Part shown: positions 30,330-40,910 of the stretch, in pieces
Position numbering within the stretch: position 1 is the stretch's first letter
Layout of the letters: the number at the start of each line of letters is the position of its first letter
IMG/VR virus record: IMGVR_UViG_3300044695_004869
Length of the DNA stretch: 64,000 nucleotides
Direction: 5' to 3' (one strand)
Source of the DNA: a virus
Taxonomy: Duplodnaviria > Caudoviricetes
The notes under the pieces: model-generated
What the model was told of the DNA's origin: nothing
Database searches by the model: none
Seen by the model: only the letters and a program-made list of their open reading frames with translations
Translations under genes and position numbers: made by a program

Positions 30330-32210
30330 TTATCTCAATTCTCTCAAGTCGAATGTTCTAACTCCATCAACTGTGATACGTCCGTAGAAACGGTTGTTAA
30401 CCATTTTCTTAGCGTATCTTGTCATAATACCTTTGATAGGTGTGAAGTTGAATGGGTTGTACATTGTAGGTGTCAATTGTAGAGGTACATACGGTGCGTA
30501 GATGTAACCTGTGTCTAACAATGATGTTCCTTTGTGTCCAATCAAAACTTGGTTTGGTGGGAAGTAAGGATCACGGTACACTTGGTAACGTCCTGCTAAA
30601 GTACCAACTCTTTCGATACCCATGTTATACTGATCTTGCTCAGGAGATGCGTTAGATACGTGGAAGTATTCTAAATCATCAAAGATTGCTGAAACCTCAG
30701 AAGATACAACGATCCAGTTAGCTCCACCTCTCAATGTAGATTTGTGGATTTGTGCTGACAATTGGTTGATTGCTGTAATCAAAGTTTGGTTCCAATCTTT
30801 TTGAGTGTAAGATGTAGTTTGAGAAATTCTTCTCCATCCGTTGTAGTCCCAACGTAAGTTCCAAGCCGCTCCTTTTCTCAAGTCACGTAAGATCTCACGG
30901 TCAATCTCTGCTGCTACTTGCTCAGATAACAATGCTGTTAACTCAGCCTCAGCGTCGATGTTATGGAATGCTGCAACGTCTTGAGCTAACTCAGGAGACC
31001 ATTGTGCTCTTAATTTTCTTTCGGTTACAGAAACAGTTACTGAATCTAAATCGAAAGAAACCTCTCCAATTTTATCTTCGAATTCCATTTCTTCATATCT
31101 TCTGAATACAGCTACGAAAGAAGTTGCAGAAGTCGCAGAGAAAATAGTAGTACCTGTGTAACCATCTAAAGATGTAGAATCACAATCAGCACATACTGGA
31201 CAAGATAAATCAACTTCTAAGTAGATACATCCATCTGCAGAACAGATATTTTTGAATGAACCACCGTTACCATCAGTTGGCCAAGTTGTAGTCACAGTGT
31301 TACCGTATTGAACGATACCTTTACCGTATTGTTGAGTAACAACTCTAAATAATAGAGGAACTGCAACACCAGCACCTGCACCTACAACATCACAAGGAGT
31401 AGTTGAAGAAGAGAATGTACTTAAATTAGTAAAGATTTTAAGATCAGAAAGGAAAGATTCTGAATCCATTTCGTTTCCATCAGGTCCGATTAATTTACCC
31501 GCTCCTGTATCAGCAAAACCACACATTTTAATAATTAATTTTCTTTGGTTACCTGCCGCAATTTGAACTCCTCCTGCCGGTACACCACCAGCAACAGTTG
31601 CGTCAACTAATGATCCACTTGACCATGCTTGAAGAGTTGTAGTTGCAGTAACTGCCGACCAACGACCTTTAGAGTAGTCAAATAATCCTGGAGGATCTAA
31701 ACCTGCCTCACCACCTTCGTAGAATAAATCGTAAAGATTTTTTCCGAATGCTCCTGCATTGTCAGGATATCCTGCTCCTGGTCCTGAGTTACCTGTACCA
31801 CCTGCTGTAGGTCCGTTAGGTGCTCCGATTGGTGCGTAGTGGTCACCTGATGCGTTTGCAGTACCACCATTATATCCTTGGATACGAGGTACAAAGTAGA
31901 ATAATTTACCGATCGGTAAGTTCATTGCTTGTACAGAAACGATATCGTTAGCCAACAATTTAGAGAAAACTCTTCTTACGATAGGGAAAACAACTGTTTC
32001 GAACGCTCCGTTAGAACCTTCAGATGTTGCTTCGTTAATCAAGAAAGAAGCTTGGTTTTCATACAACTGTGCTACGTTTTCTTTTAGGTGGCCTCTAAGA
32101 CCTTCAAGGAATCCTAATTTATCCCATTTGTTAATAGTATCTTCTTTGATAACTTTAAGGTGTTTTAAACCGATGTTACCAACAAGACCTGATTCTAATA
32201 ATGCTCCCAT
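30330..32210 (-). CDS. Major capsid protein, T4 gp23-like, with a large insertion
   Basis: PIVRRVF..L.A.DIVSVQAM..P.G, RKLRAQWSPELAQD, E..AEIDREI, GYIYAPYVPL and KGIMTRY motifs. Confidence 0.95.
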   Translation of the reverse strand: MGALLESGLVGNIGLKHLKVIKEDTINKWDKLGFLEGLRGHLKENVAQLYENQASFLINEATSEGSNGAFETVVFPIVRRVFSKLLANDIVSVQAMNLPIGKLFYFVPRIQGYNGGTANASGDHYAPIGAPNGPTAGGTGNSGPGAGYPDNAGAFGKNLYDLFYEGGEAGLDPPGLFDYSKGRWSAVTATTTLQAWSSGSLVDATVAGGVPAGGVQIAAGNQRKLIIKMCGFADTGAGKLIGPDGNEMDSESFLSDLKIFTNLSTFSSSTTPCDVVGAGAGVAVPLLFRVVTQQYGKGIVQYGNTVTTTWPTDGNGGSFKNICSADGCIYLEVDLSCPVCADCDSTSLDGYTGTTIFSATSATSFVAVFRRYEEMEFEDKIGEVSFDLDSVTVSVTERKLRAQWSPELAQDVAAFHNIDAEAELTALLSEQVAAEIDREILRDLRKGAAWNLRWDYNGWRRISQTTSYTQKDWNQTLITAINQLSAQIHKSTLRGGANWIVVSSEVSAIFDDLEYFHVSNASPEQDQYNMGIERVGTLAGRYQVYRDPYFPPNQVLIGHKGTSLLDTGYIYAPYVPLQLTPTMYNPFNFTPIKGIMTRYAKKMVNNRFYGRITVDGVRTFDLRELR

Positions 32211-32241
32211 TTTTTTGGTTTTTATTTTATTTGTTTATTTT

Positions 32242-33687
32242 TTATTTTATTTTTGACATTAAATCTTTCATTCTTAAGAATTGAGGATTTTCATAAGTTT
32301 TAGATTCAATTAAATTAACTGCAGATCCAGATGATGGAGTTTTTTCAACAGTTCGTTCAAATGATTCACTAATTGTATTATTTTCCTTAGAACTTGAGTT
32401 TGAAAGTTCGTCTTTTACAATTCTATACAAATTTTTAGATTCTTTAAGAGTTTCAACGCTATCAAATCTTTTTAAGATGTTGATTTTTTCTTGTTTTGTA
32501 GTTGAGTGTTCTGTAAACAAACGTGTAGCGTAAGCCAAGTTTGAATTGAATACCGCAACCTCATTCAATTTGTCTCTAAATACATTTAATGCATTTCTAT
32601 ACTCTTCATTTTTTTCTCTAAGAACTTGTAATTCTCTATTGTCAACACTTTCTTTTTTAATTGCCGTGTTTGCTTTTGAATGTGCTCTTGGTTTAGGTAA
32701 ACCACCTTTTCTAAAATTAGAACCATTACCTAACGTACGAGACGCTTCTTTGGTTTCCATTTTTTTAACGGTTGTGTTTTTACCTTTCTCCATGTTTTCA
32801 CCTTCCTTATATTCAAATTTCGCTTTACCCATACCAACTCCTCTGGTTCCTTGTTTCATTTTTGTTTTGAAACCTTGTCCTTGATTTGGTTTTTTGTCGT
32901 ATTTGAATTTTGATGCGTTACCCATACCAACTCCTTTTGCCTTGAAATTAGATTTTGATTCAATAACAAATTCCTCATCTAAATCTTCTTCTAATTGAGA
33001 CCAATCTGTTTCAAAATCAAGATCCTCATCCTCATCTTCAGGGTCATTACGGTGTCTGCGACCCATATGATAACGCTCTTCCATTTCACCACCTAAGTGT
33101 TTAGAGTATTCTTCACCATCATCATCATCTTCTTCATCTAACATGATTTCATAGATTGTTTCGGTAGTACCATCCTCTTCTTCCATCCAAGATTCTCCAA
33201 TCTCATCGTTTTTCATCATTTCGATTTCATCTTGCTCTTGTTCGGACTCACTTAATTGGATAAAATAGTCAACATCGTTATTTTCATCAGATAAATGTAT
33301 CATATCATCTTCTTTTTTAACAATGACACCATCTTCAGGTCCCATAGCCTTGAAAACTTTTAAAACGTCTTCTGAGGATGCTCCCGTTAGGTCAAGTGTG
33401 TCATCATCTTCGTCTTCGTCGTCGAAGTCAGCATCAATAGATAGCCCATCTTCGTCTCCGTCGTCGAAATTATCAACATCATCATCAGATACGTCAGTAT
33501 CGTCAAACTCAGCATCTACATCAATCTCCTCGTCGTCGTCTTGCTCGTTAAGGGACTCTTTTACTAATGATCTGATTTCTTCCTTCATTGTAGAAGCAAG
33601 TATTCCTTTTGCGTTTTCGTTAATAACTTCTTCCAAATTTCTCATTTGTAAGAAAGTATCTTCAACCAATGATTTTTCTTTGCTCAT
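32242..33687 (-). CDS. Prohead core scaffold protein (gp22-like)
   Basis: Highly acidic, directly upstream of the MCP; NEVAVFNSNLAYATRLF coiled coil; many L/I-x-E sites. Confidence 0.75.
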   Translation of the reverse strand: MSKEKSLVEDTFLQMRNLEEVINENAKGILASTMKEEIRSLVKESLNEQDDDEEIDVDAEFDDTDVSDDDVDNFDDGDEDGLSIDADFDDEDEDDDTLDLTGASSEDVLKVFKAMGPEDGVIVKKEDDMIHLSDENNDVDYFIQLSESEQEQDEIEMMKNDEIGESWMEEEDGTTETIYEIMLDEEDDDDGEEYSKHLGGEMEERYHMGRRHRNDPEDEDEDLDFETDWSQLEEDLDEEFVIESKSNFKAKGVGMGNASKFKYDKKPNQGQGFKTKMKQGTRGVGMGKAKFEYKEGENMEKGKNTTVKKMETKEASRTLGNGSNFRKGGLPKPRAHSKANTAIKKESVDNRELQVLREKNEEYRNALNVFRDKLNEVAVFNSNLAYATRLFTEHSTTKQEKINILKRFDSVETLKESKNLYRIVKDELSNSSSKENNTISESFERTVEKTPSSGSAVNLIESKTYENPQFLRMKDLMSKIK

Positions 33688-33820
33688 TATAGTTTTGTTG
33701 TTTTTACAATATAAATAGTATGTTAATTGAAAAAATTCACATTTTTATAACAATGAGGCAAAAAAAAATGGAGATATTAAAAAATACCCCCATTTTAATA
33801 AAATGTAATTAAATTAAAAA

Positions 33821-34036
33821 TTAGTCGATAACCTCATCAATTTTACTTTCTGTAATTGAAGTAATTCTCCAATCCATTGTGTAATGTTCATATACTTTGG
33901 TTACTTTAGCCTCAACATCAGTAGGGGTATAACCCATAACTAACTTCTCTTCTCTAACTTTTCTAACCTTTCCTGATTCGCTGTCTAACAAATCTGATGT
34001 GATTTTAGCCACAAAATACTTTTCTCCTTGTTCCAT
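33821..34036 (-). CDS. Small hypothetical protein
   Basis: 71-aa ORF in the head module. Confidence 0.55.
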   Translation of the reverse strand: MEQGEKYFVAKITSDLLDSESGKVRKVREEKLVMGYTPTDVEAKVTKVYEHYTMDWRITSITESKIDEVID

Positions 34037-34073
34037 AATTTTTTAATTTTATTAAATCATAGAACTTATTTTT

Positions 34074-34811
34074 TTATTTGTCAAGAAATGAACTTAATTT
34101 ATCCATTAAACTTTTTGTTTTCTCAATAGATGAGGATTCCATTCCAGTTGCTCTTTCTAAATTCATTTTTTTATCCTCATCTAAATTCTCCTCATATTTT
34201 AATCGGTCATTTTTATCTAAGAATAAATAAGCCCCCGGTGTAGACGGAGAAGATACAAGGTCAAAACAAATTAATTCAAAGTCATCTTGTACTTCATTTT
34301 GGTCCCCCACTTTTTTAAGTGATCCTACCCCACGAGAAGAAATACCTAAAGTAACTCCTTGTCGTAAATAGTTTGCTGCTAAATCCCCCTTTGTGGAAAC
34401 AATACCACTTTCATGAAAACCAGGACTTGTAAGTAATTTTATTTTACCTAACAATACATTACCATCCCACCATACTTCTGTGATAATGTGAGAAACACGA
34501 TCCAAATCAATCAATGATGATTCAGGGTGATTTAATTCAGAGAGAGCGGTTCCCTTTTCAATCATCTTTTTGTAGTTTTCCGACTCTCTCTTTAATATTT
34601 TCTCAGGATAAACTCTACCATTTCTATTAGGGGTATTGTACTTCTGTAATACCGCATAAAATTCAAATGGTTTAGAGTGGTCAAGCATATTTCTTGACTC
34701 TTTTAATATATCTAAATTACGACCCTCATTAGGATTAATATATCCCGCATCATATTCAATAAGAATACCTTTACCCGAATCTTGGGGTCCTAAAATTTTA
34801 TAACCGCTCAT
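34074..34811 (-). CDS. Prohead protease (T4 gp21-like)
   Basis: NRNGRVYP, ELNHP, SHII, GISSRGVGS and FDLVSSPSTPGA motifs. Confidence 0.92.
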   Translation of the reverse strand: MSGYKILGPQDSGKGILIEYDAGYINPNEGRNLDILKESRNMLDHSKPFEFYAVLQKYNTPNRNGRVYPEKILKRESENYKKMIEKGTALSELNHPESSLIDLDRVSHIITEVWWDGNVLLGKIKLLTSPGFHESGIVSTKGDLAANYLRQGVTLGISSRGVGSLKKVGDQNEVQDDFELICFDLVSSPSTPGAYLFLDKNDRLKYEENLDEDKKMNLERATGMESSSIEKTKSLMDKLSSFLDK

Positions 34812-34832
34812 AGTATTTTTTTATTATAAATA

Positions 34833-35300
34833 CTAAACTTTTTCGGTTTTTACTTTAATTGGTTTAACATTCCCATTTTTTGTTAGGTAAAATTTGAAAT
34901 TATCATTCTTATGTAATACGTCATTATATAATCCCTTAACAATTTCCTTTAATTTACGTTTGAGTTTTAAATCTTTGAAATCCACCTCATCAATAAGATA
35001 GAGATTAATTTCTAAATTCATAAATGATTTCTTTTTTAGTGATAATCCACTTGTTCTTAGATCCATATCCACAATAAACTTATCGTCAAACATTTGTTTA
35101 TCTATGTGGTTGAATACTGAGTGTTTAATTGATCGGTTCATATTTAATACGAGCCTTGTCCAGTTCTCTACTTCTATTTTTGGTTCCGCCCATGTTTGGA
35201 GGTTCAAATACAATGACTTGAAATTTTTTGAATCTACTGTTCCGTAGGTAATTTTTGAGTTTCTAAATCCACTCAGTTTTGAGGTTTTCCCTTTTTTCAT
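34833..35300 (-). CDS. Hypothetical protein
   Basis: 155-aa ORF divergent from bS21. Confidence 0.6.
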   Translation of the reverse strand: MKKGKTSKLSGFRNSKITYGTVDSKNFKSLYLNLQTWAEPKIEVENWTRLVLNMNRSIKHSVFNHIDKQMFDDKFIVDMDLRTSGLSLKKKSFMNLEINLYLIDEVDFKDLKLKRKLKEIVKGLYNDVLHKNDNFKFYLTKNGNVKPIKVKTEKV

Positions 35301-35391
35301 TTGATATTTCCATAATACAATGTTTATTTTATGAAAAAATAGTTAATTTTGTGATATATATCAAATATAAAATAAAATCTTAAAATATATT

Positions 35392-35580
35392 ATGTTAATA
35401 GTACACGTAACCAAAAATGGGGGGATTGAAAGAGCCCTTAAAGAGCTGAAAAGTAAGGTGATTAAAACAAGACAAAACTCTCACCTAAATGATAGGAAAG
35501 AGTTTACTAAAAGGTCTGTTAAAAATAGAGAAATCCTTAATAAGGCTATTTATCGTCAAAAAATTAAAAGTAACGATTAA
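35392..35580 (+). CDS. rpsU: Phage-encoded ribosomal protein bS21
   Basis: MLIVHV...IERALKELKSKVIKT...L.DRKEFTKRSV.NR....KAIY matches Bacteroidota-type bS21. Confidence 0.85.
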   Translation: MLIVHVTKNGGIERALKELKSKVIKTRQNSHLNDRKEFTKRSVKNREILNKAIYRQKIKSND

Positions 35581-36293
35581 AGATTATTATTTAATTCTTG
35601 TAGTTTTAAATAAGTCAACTTATCAAATGATTCAGAACTAACTTTTTCAATTGTTTCATTGATTGCATTTCCTACTTCTTTATCTTGCTCACTCTCTTGG
35701 ATTTTCTCTAACTTGGAGATTACACTCTCTTTTAAAGAGTTATATTTTTCTTTTAATTCATCTTCATTAGAAGACAAAATAGTTTTTAATTTTTTCTGAT
35801 CAGATTCACTTAGATTACTTACGTAATTACTAATAGTTTTGTTTGCTATTCCCACCATAGTTTTTAAAGGTACATTAATAACTTCTTTATTCTCTTTCGG
35901 GGATTTTGTAATTGTTTCCAAAATTGTTTTTTTACTTGTAATTTTTTCTTCTAACTTTGTAATACCCGTTGAGAATAAATTATCAACGACATCATATTCA
36001 TTACCATATTCTGATCCCTCAACCCAATCATTTAAAGGTTTTAAATCTTTTGGTGAAATTTTGTTTATTGAATTTTCATAAGCGGTAATACTTTGATTAA
36101 TATATTCGTTTGCAATGGATTCATTTAGACCTTTATTCGTTGTTAATTCATCATATAGATAAAAAAGTTTAGAAACATTTTTATTCTTTAACACCAAAGA
36201 GTTAAATTTAGACATATCAGTTTTAATTGTATCATTTTTGTATGATTCAACTAATTTGTTTTCTATTTTTGATTTTAATTTACCGAATTTCAT
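35577..36293 (-). CDS. Hypothetical protein
   Basis: Start moved to ATG 36293, downstream of TATTTATA at 36306-36313. Confidence 0.6.
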   Translation of the reverse strand: MKFGKLKSKIENKLVESYKNDTIKTDMSKFNSLVLKNKNVSKLFYLYDELTTNKGLNESIANEYINQSITAYENSINKISPKDLKPLNDWVEGSEYGNEYDVVDNLFSTGITKLEEKITSKKTILETITKSPKENKEVINVPLKTMVGIANKTISNYVSNLSESDQKKLKTILSSNEDELKEKYNSLKESVISKLEKIQESEQDKEVGNAINETIEKVSSESFDKLTYLKLQELNNNL

Positions 36294-36313
36294 AATCTTT
36301 TTTATTATAAATA

Positions 36314-38215
36314 TCAATCTCTTAATAATTTGCTCAGTTCATTTTCAATTGAACCTAAAGAATTTCTACCTTTAGATAAATCAATGTACTTATCACCATA
36401 AATATCATCACTTTCTAGTAAGATATTTAAGTTATCATTTTTCTTTCCTTCAGGTAAAGTTTCTTCTTCAGGTGGAGCCCCTGGTGCCGCTGGAGCTTCA
36501 GGTGCCCCACCAACTTCTTCACCCCCTAATGGTGGTAATGGAGGTTCAGGTGAAGTTTCTCCCCCACCTCCGAAGTCAGGTAATGATCCTCCACCTCCGA
36601 ATGATCCTCCACCACCACCTGATGGAGGTGCTCCTCCTGCTGGTGGATTTTCTGTCGAACCTGATTTAGATTTATATAATCTATCCACAACATCAAACAT
36701 ACCTGTATGTGTAATAACAGTTGCGGTATTTGCTAATTCAGCGGCAACCGCTCTTTCTAATCTTTGTTGTTGTGTGTCTAATTTAATATCCTCATCTGAG
36801 AAACCAAAAATATGTTTCTTAGCCCAAGTTGCCGAAGTTGGGGCCAAACTATTAGGTATTTCTGACACTAAATCTTTATATAATAATACTTTTTCTTTCC
36901 AAACATCAATCATTAATAAATCAGCTTGTTTCGAAGGATTGGTTAACCCTAATGTAAAGTTTTGTAGATCATCCTCAAAACCTAAAATAAATAAGTGAAT
37001 GATTGCAATTTTATTCATTTCTGCAATCATTGCTTTTTGTATTTTATTAATAGTTCTTGCAAAACGAATATCTTGTAATGATAAGTTCTTACCATCACCA
37101 ACCACTTCCTCAAACCCTAAGTATGCTTTTGGTACACGTAATGCGGTCACTAATTTCTTTTGGATGTATTCAATATCCGCTATTTCAGATAAGTTCTGAG
37201 CTCCTGGTAATGTCTCAATCGGCATTGTTTGTGTAACATCACGTACAGGAACAAAATAATCCTGATCCACAGCCATTTGGTTAAATCTCATATCCACGTT
37301 TCCTGTTTTATTATCAACGATTTGATCACGCTTAAATTTGTTTGCAACACGTTGTACGTAAGGTTCAACATCTTTATCATCCATATTACCAACAAACACT
37401 TTAAACACTCTTCTTTCAGGTGCTCTTGATGTCCTATAGATTAACATCGCATCTTCCGATAATAATAATTGTTTCCAAATTCTTCTTGCTTTCTCCAACA
37501 TGGAAGTTCCGTAAGGTAGTTTTCTATCATCACCAAGTAATCTAAAGTGAGCAACCTCCCAACTATTAAATTCCATGTCTTTTACTTTCCATTTGAATCT
37601 TAACCCTTTTTCTTTTGGGTCAACTTCGGCATTTACTGATTTTGCTGCCATTCCTCTTTCTAATCGTTCAATCTCAATGTTTGGTAATTGCATACAACCA
37701 ACAATACCCTTTTCGGGGTCTAATTTTAGATACACAAAATTGTCACCATATTTACAGGTATTTCTTGTCCACATCTGTAAATTGGTATTAACATCCAATA
37801 CATTATTAAATAAATCAGTTAAAATACCTTTTACCCTTTTTGATTCGGAATATATTTGTAAAATAAAACCATCTTGATTTGGAGTTGTTGATTCTTCAGC
37901 ATATATATCTAATGCGGTTGATATCTCAGGTGTAAATTCCATTGATTCATAATCATAAAATGCCGCCAATCGTGTTGGTTCATAGTAAATTGCTTGAGTA
38001 TAAAGATTGTTTTCAATTTTTGCCCATTGACCCGATAAATACATGGATTGTTGAGCCTGTAATTTTTCCTTTTCATACTCTTGTTTATTTGTAGTTTTAA
38101 GTAACTCTTTTTTATCTAATGAGTATGTGGGTAAATCTTGACCCAATAAGGAGTTCGGTCCAAATGTTTTGGATAACCTTTGCCAAATTGTTAGATTTTG
38201 ATTATTATTTTCCAT
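36314..38215 (-). CDS. Portal protein (T4 gp20-like)
   Basis: KYGDNF, PYGTSMLEKARRIWKQL.L.EDAMLIYR..RAPERRVF, IETLPG and ALRVP motifs. Confidence 0.93.
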   Translation of the reverse strand: MENNNQNLTIWQRLSKTFGPNSLLGQDLPTYSLDKKELLKTTNKQEYEKEKLQAQQSMYLSGQWAKIENNLYTQAIYYEPTRLAAFYDYESMEFTPEISTALDIYAEESTTPNQDGFILQIYSESKRVKGILTDLFNNVLDVNTNLQMWTRNTCKYGDNFVYLKLDPEKGIVGCMQLPNIEIERLERGMAAKSVNAEVDPKEKGLRFKWKVKDMEFNSWEVAHFRLLGDDRKLPYGTSMLEKARRIWKQLLLSEDAMLIYRTSRAPERRVFKVFVGNMDDKDVEPYVQRVANKFKRDQIVDNKTGNVDMRFNQMAVDQDYFVPVRDVTQTMPIETLPGAQNLSEIADIEYIQKKLVTALRVPKAYLGFEEVVGDGKNLSLQDIRFARTINKIQKAMIAEMNKIAIIHLFILGFEDDLQNFTLGLTNPSKQADLLMIDVWKEKVLLYKDLVSEIPNSLAPTSATWAKKHIFGFSDEDIKLDTQQQRLERAVAAELANTATVITHTGMFDVVDRLYKSKSGSTENPPAGGAPPSGGGGGSFGGGGSLPDFGGGGETSPEPPLPPLGGEEVGGAPEAPAAPGAPPEEETLPEGKKNDNLNILLESDDIYGDKYIDLSKGRNSLGSIENELSKLLRD

Positions 38216-38254
38216 ATTACAATTTTAAGTATAACAATAAATATCTAAATAGTT

Positions 38255-39103
38255 CTATTTAGTATTCGTAGGGGTTACAGTTGGAGTAGGAGTTATTGTT
38301 GTTGTGTTAGTATTCGTTGGAGTATTTGTTGGTGTTTCAGTGTTAGTTGGTGTTGGGGTTGGAGTTATATTAGAAATCTCACAATCATTACATCCACCAT
38401 ATCCAAATGATGCGGTAAACGCATCGTCTATCGGAGCATTTATCTTACCAATGACTGAATAACATCCACTTGGTGTTGCTCCTGTGAATGTGTAATAGTT
38501 TACATCTCCAGGAACTATAAATCCTGGTCCTAAATCAACAACTAAAACATTTAGATTAGTACATCCTGAAATACTGTATGTAGTTATTGAACTCAAATTA
38601 GTTGAAGTTGGTGTTTGAGTTAATGTTGGTGTAACTGATGGTGTTTGAGTATTTGTTACACTTGGCGTAGGTGTAATTGTATTAGTTGGTGTTTGAGTAT
38701 TAGTTGGAGTTACAGTTGGTGTAGGTGTGTTAGATGGGTCCGGTTCTCTAGATATTGTTGGGGTTGGGGTTAATGTTTTAGTTGGTGTAATAGTATTAGT
38801 TGGAGTTATTGTTGGTGTGGGAGTTTTTGTGTTAGTTGGTGTAGGTGTAATCGCTCTTTGTGATTCGGTTATTGTAGGTGTTATCGTTGGTGTAATACTA
38901 GGAGTTGGAGTGTTAGTTGGTGTTGGTGGTATTGTTGTTGTGGTTGTTGTAGTTGGGGATTCTCTATGCTCGTTAGGTAAAGAACCTATTTTTCCATCAA
39001 AATTTGGATCAAATACTTTTGCAGTTAGAATTTGCTGACCCTCAACAATCAATCTTGATCCCGCAAATATTTTCCCCGACCTTTTTCTTAAACTTAATCC
39101 CAT
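38255..39103 (-). CDS. Mucin-like Pro/Thr-repeat protein with a Cys-containing domain
   Basis: Long TPTPTNT/TPSITPT tracts flanking a YSISGC...GCYSV...GCNDC module. Confidence 0.7.
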   Translation of the reverse strand: MGLSLRKRSGKIFAGSRLIVEGQQILTAKVFDPNFDGKIGSLPNEHRESPTTTTTTTIPPTPTNTPTPSITPTITPTITESQRAITPTPTNTKTPTPTITPTNTITPTKTLTPTPTISREPDPSNTPTPTVTPTNTQTPTNTITPTPSVTNTQTPSVTPTLTQTPTSTNLSSITTYSISGCTNLNVLVVDLGPGFIVPGDVNYYTFTGATPSGCYSVIGKINAPIDDAFTASFGYGGCNDCEISNITPTPTPTNTETPTNTPTNTNTTTITPTPTVTPTNTK

Positions 39104-39122
39104 TTTATTTTAATAATAAATA

Positions 39123-40886
39123 TTATCTTCCCCCAAATAACCATCCGTATTTTTCATAATCACCTCTACTTGGACCACTACTATCTCTTCTTGAGTCATA
39201 ACCAATATTTGGCATTGTAGGATTAAAACTAATAATATCTTTTACCGATTCATTGCTAGTGACAGTCCACGATTCAATCATAGATTTTGTATGTTCCGTA
39301 ACTTTCTCTAAACTTGAGAACGAAGATTCTCCCACGTATAAAGCCATTGCTATAGACATGATTAAATCATCGTGATGTCCTTTTTGATGGTCAGGTCTAC
39401 CGTTAATATAAACGAACGTATTCATTTCGTTATACAATCTAGAACTATACATTCTAAATCCGTGTCTCAGGCCTTCTTCAAATGCCGCAATGATCTGAAC
39501 ACGTTTGGCATTAAAGTTAATACCCGGTATTTTGTCTACCGTTCTTGATGCGGATCTCCAAATGTTATTTTGATCTACGCCATCAATATATAAATTCTTA
39601 TAATCAAATTCTTGTAGTTTACGAACTGTGGTAATACCCATACCACCGGTAATATCCACAACAACAAATGCCGAATACATATTTGCCCATTTAAAGGCAA
39701 CCTCAGCCAATGTATCGGGTGGAATTTTACCAATATATTCTAATACCTGTTCTCTCGTGTCAAAATCAATAATTTGAATAGTACTAAAGTCCTCACTATC
39801 CCCACGAGAAACGTCAATACCCATAATGTATTTGTGACCCACTTCAGGTTCTTTCCAAATCCATAATGAATTACCCATCATTTTATTTTGAGGGCCCTTC
39901 AACATATTCTCACGAATTTTTTGTAACAGATTAGAATCAAAGACATTATCCCCCGATCCTAAGAAGTTACATTCCAACTCTTGTGATACTTTTCTCTTAT
40001 CGTATTTAAGTTTTTTTACCATTCCCTCAAACCAAATAGAACAAGCCTTATAACCTGTATCCATAATTGCTTTAAGGTCATCATAATTTCTTTCGGCGAA
40101 TGGAATACCTTCCCAACTTAATATATCATCATCGGTATATTCCTCTTTATTTAACAAATAATGAATAATATCCTGTGTTTTAACTAAATATAAATCTTTG
40201 GTATATCTTGGGTCTCTAAACCAATACATTTCAGAAATTTTGAAGTCATTCATATTTCTTAAAGCTTGATCATATATCTCATAATAAATTGGATCATAAC
40301 CATTTGGTGTTGAAACCACAATTACCTTACCCCCTGTGGATAAGGATGCCATACAAGCCGCCCAGAAATCACTGTCGGCTTCAATAAACGCCGCCTCATC
40401 AAATACTAATATTGTAGGGGTAAATCCACGTAAGGCATCTTTTGATGTTGCTACCGCTTTAACCTCAGATCCGTTATTTAATTTGTAATGTTTTTGTGAG
40501 TTCTTTTCTGGTGAAAAATCTACACCAACCCATTTAGGCCATTGACCGATAAATGCTCTTACCTTATTTGCCATCTCTAATGACGTATCAAGTTTGTTGG
40601 CAATAATAAGGATTTTTTCAGGTTTGTTTTTCTTAGCAAATGCCAATCGTTTTGATGCCCACGCCGCTGTAACCGTAGATACACCCGCCTGACGATATTT
40701 TAACGCAATATTCTCATTAAAATTTTCGTAATCTTGTAATAAAGATATTTGATCGGGAAATAACTCTAACGGAACATATTGTGAAACCGTGTTATCATAT
40801 GTCTGTAAATAAGTTTTTAATGCGTAAGTTGTGTCCTTCATACACTTCACATACTCAAGCATTACTTGTTCTTTAGATAAACCCAT
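39123..40886 (-). CDS. Terminase large subunit (gp17-like)
   Basis: LKYRQAGVST (Walker A), ILVFDEAAFI (Walker B), STPNG, QELEC.F, GIDVSRG and HDDLIM motifs. Confidence 0.93.
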   Translation of the reverse strand: MGLSKEQVMLEYVKCMKDTTYALKTYLQTYDNTVSQYVPLELFPDQISLLQDYENFNENIALKYRQAGVSTVTAAWASKRLAFAKKNKPEKILIIANKLDTSLEMANKVRAFIGQWPKWVGVDFSPEKNSQKHYKLNNGSEVKAVATSKDALRGFTPTILVFDEAAFIEADSDFWAACMASLSTGGKVIVVSTPNGYDPIYYEIYDQALRNMNDFKISEMYWFRDPRYTKDLYLVKTQDIIHYLLNKEEYTDDDILSWEGIPFAERNYDDLKAIMDTGYKACSIWFEGMVKKLKYDKRKVSQELECNFLGSGDNVFDSNLLQKIRENMLKGPQNKMMGNSLWIWKEPEVGHKYIMGIDVSRGDSEDFSTIQIIDFDTREQVLEYIGKIPPDTLAEVAFKWANMYSAFVVVDITGGMGITTVRKLQEFDYKNLYIDGVDQNNIWRSASRTVDKIPGINFNAKRVQIIAAFEEGLRHGFRMYSSRLYNEMNTFVYINGRPDHQKGHHDDLIMSIAMALYVGESSFSSLEKVTEHTKSMIESWTVTSNESVKDIISFNPTMPNIGYDSRRDSSGPSRGDYEKYGWLFGGR

Positions 40887-40910
40887 AAAAGTATTTATCT
40901 ATAAATATAG

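Noticed and set aside
38270-38950. CRISPR-like or satellite repeat impression from GTTGGT/GGAGTT repeats
   Set aside because: These are codons of a Pro-Thr protein repeat; there is no fixed repeat-spacer periodicity and no cas gene.
40660-40720. Terminase Walker A lacking Lys (RQAGVST)
   Set aside because: Non-Lys variants of this motif occur in large-phage terminases, and the Walker B and nuclease motifs are intact, so this is not evidence of inactivation.
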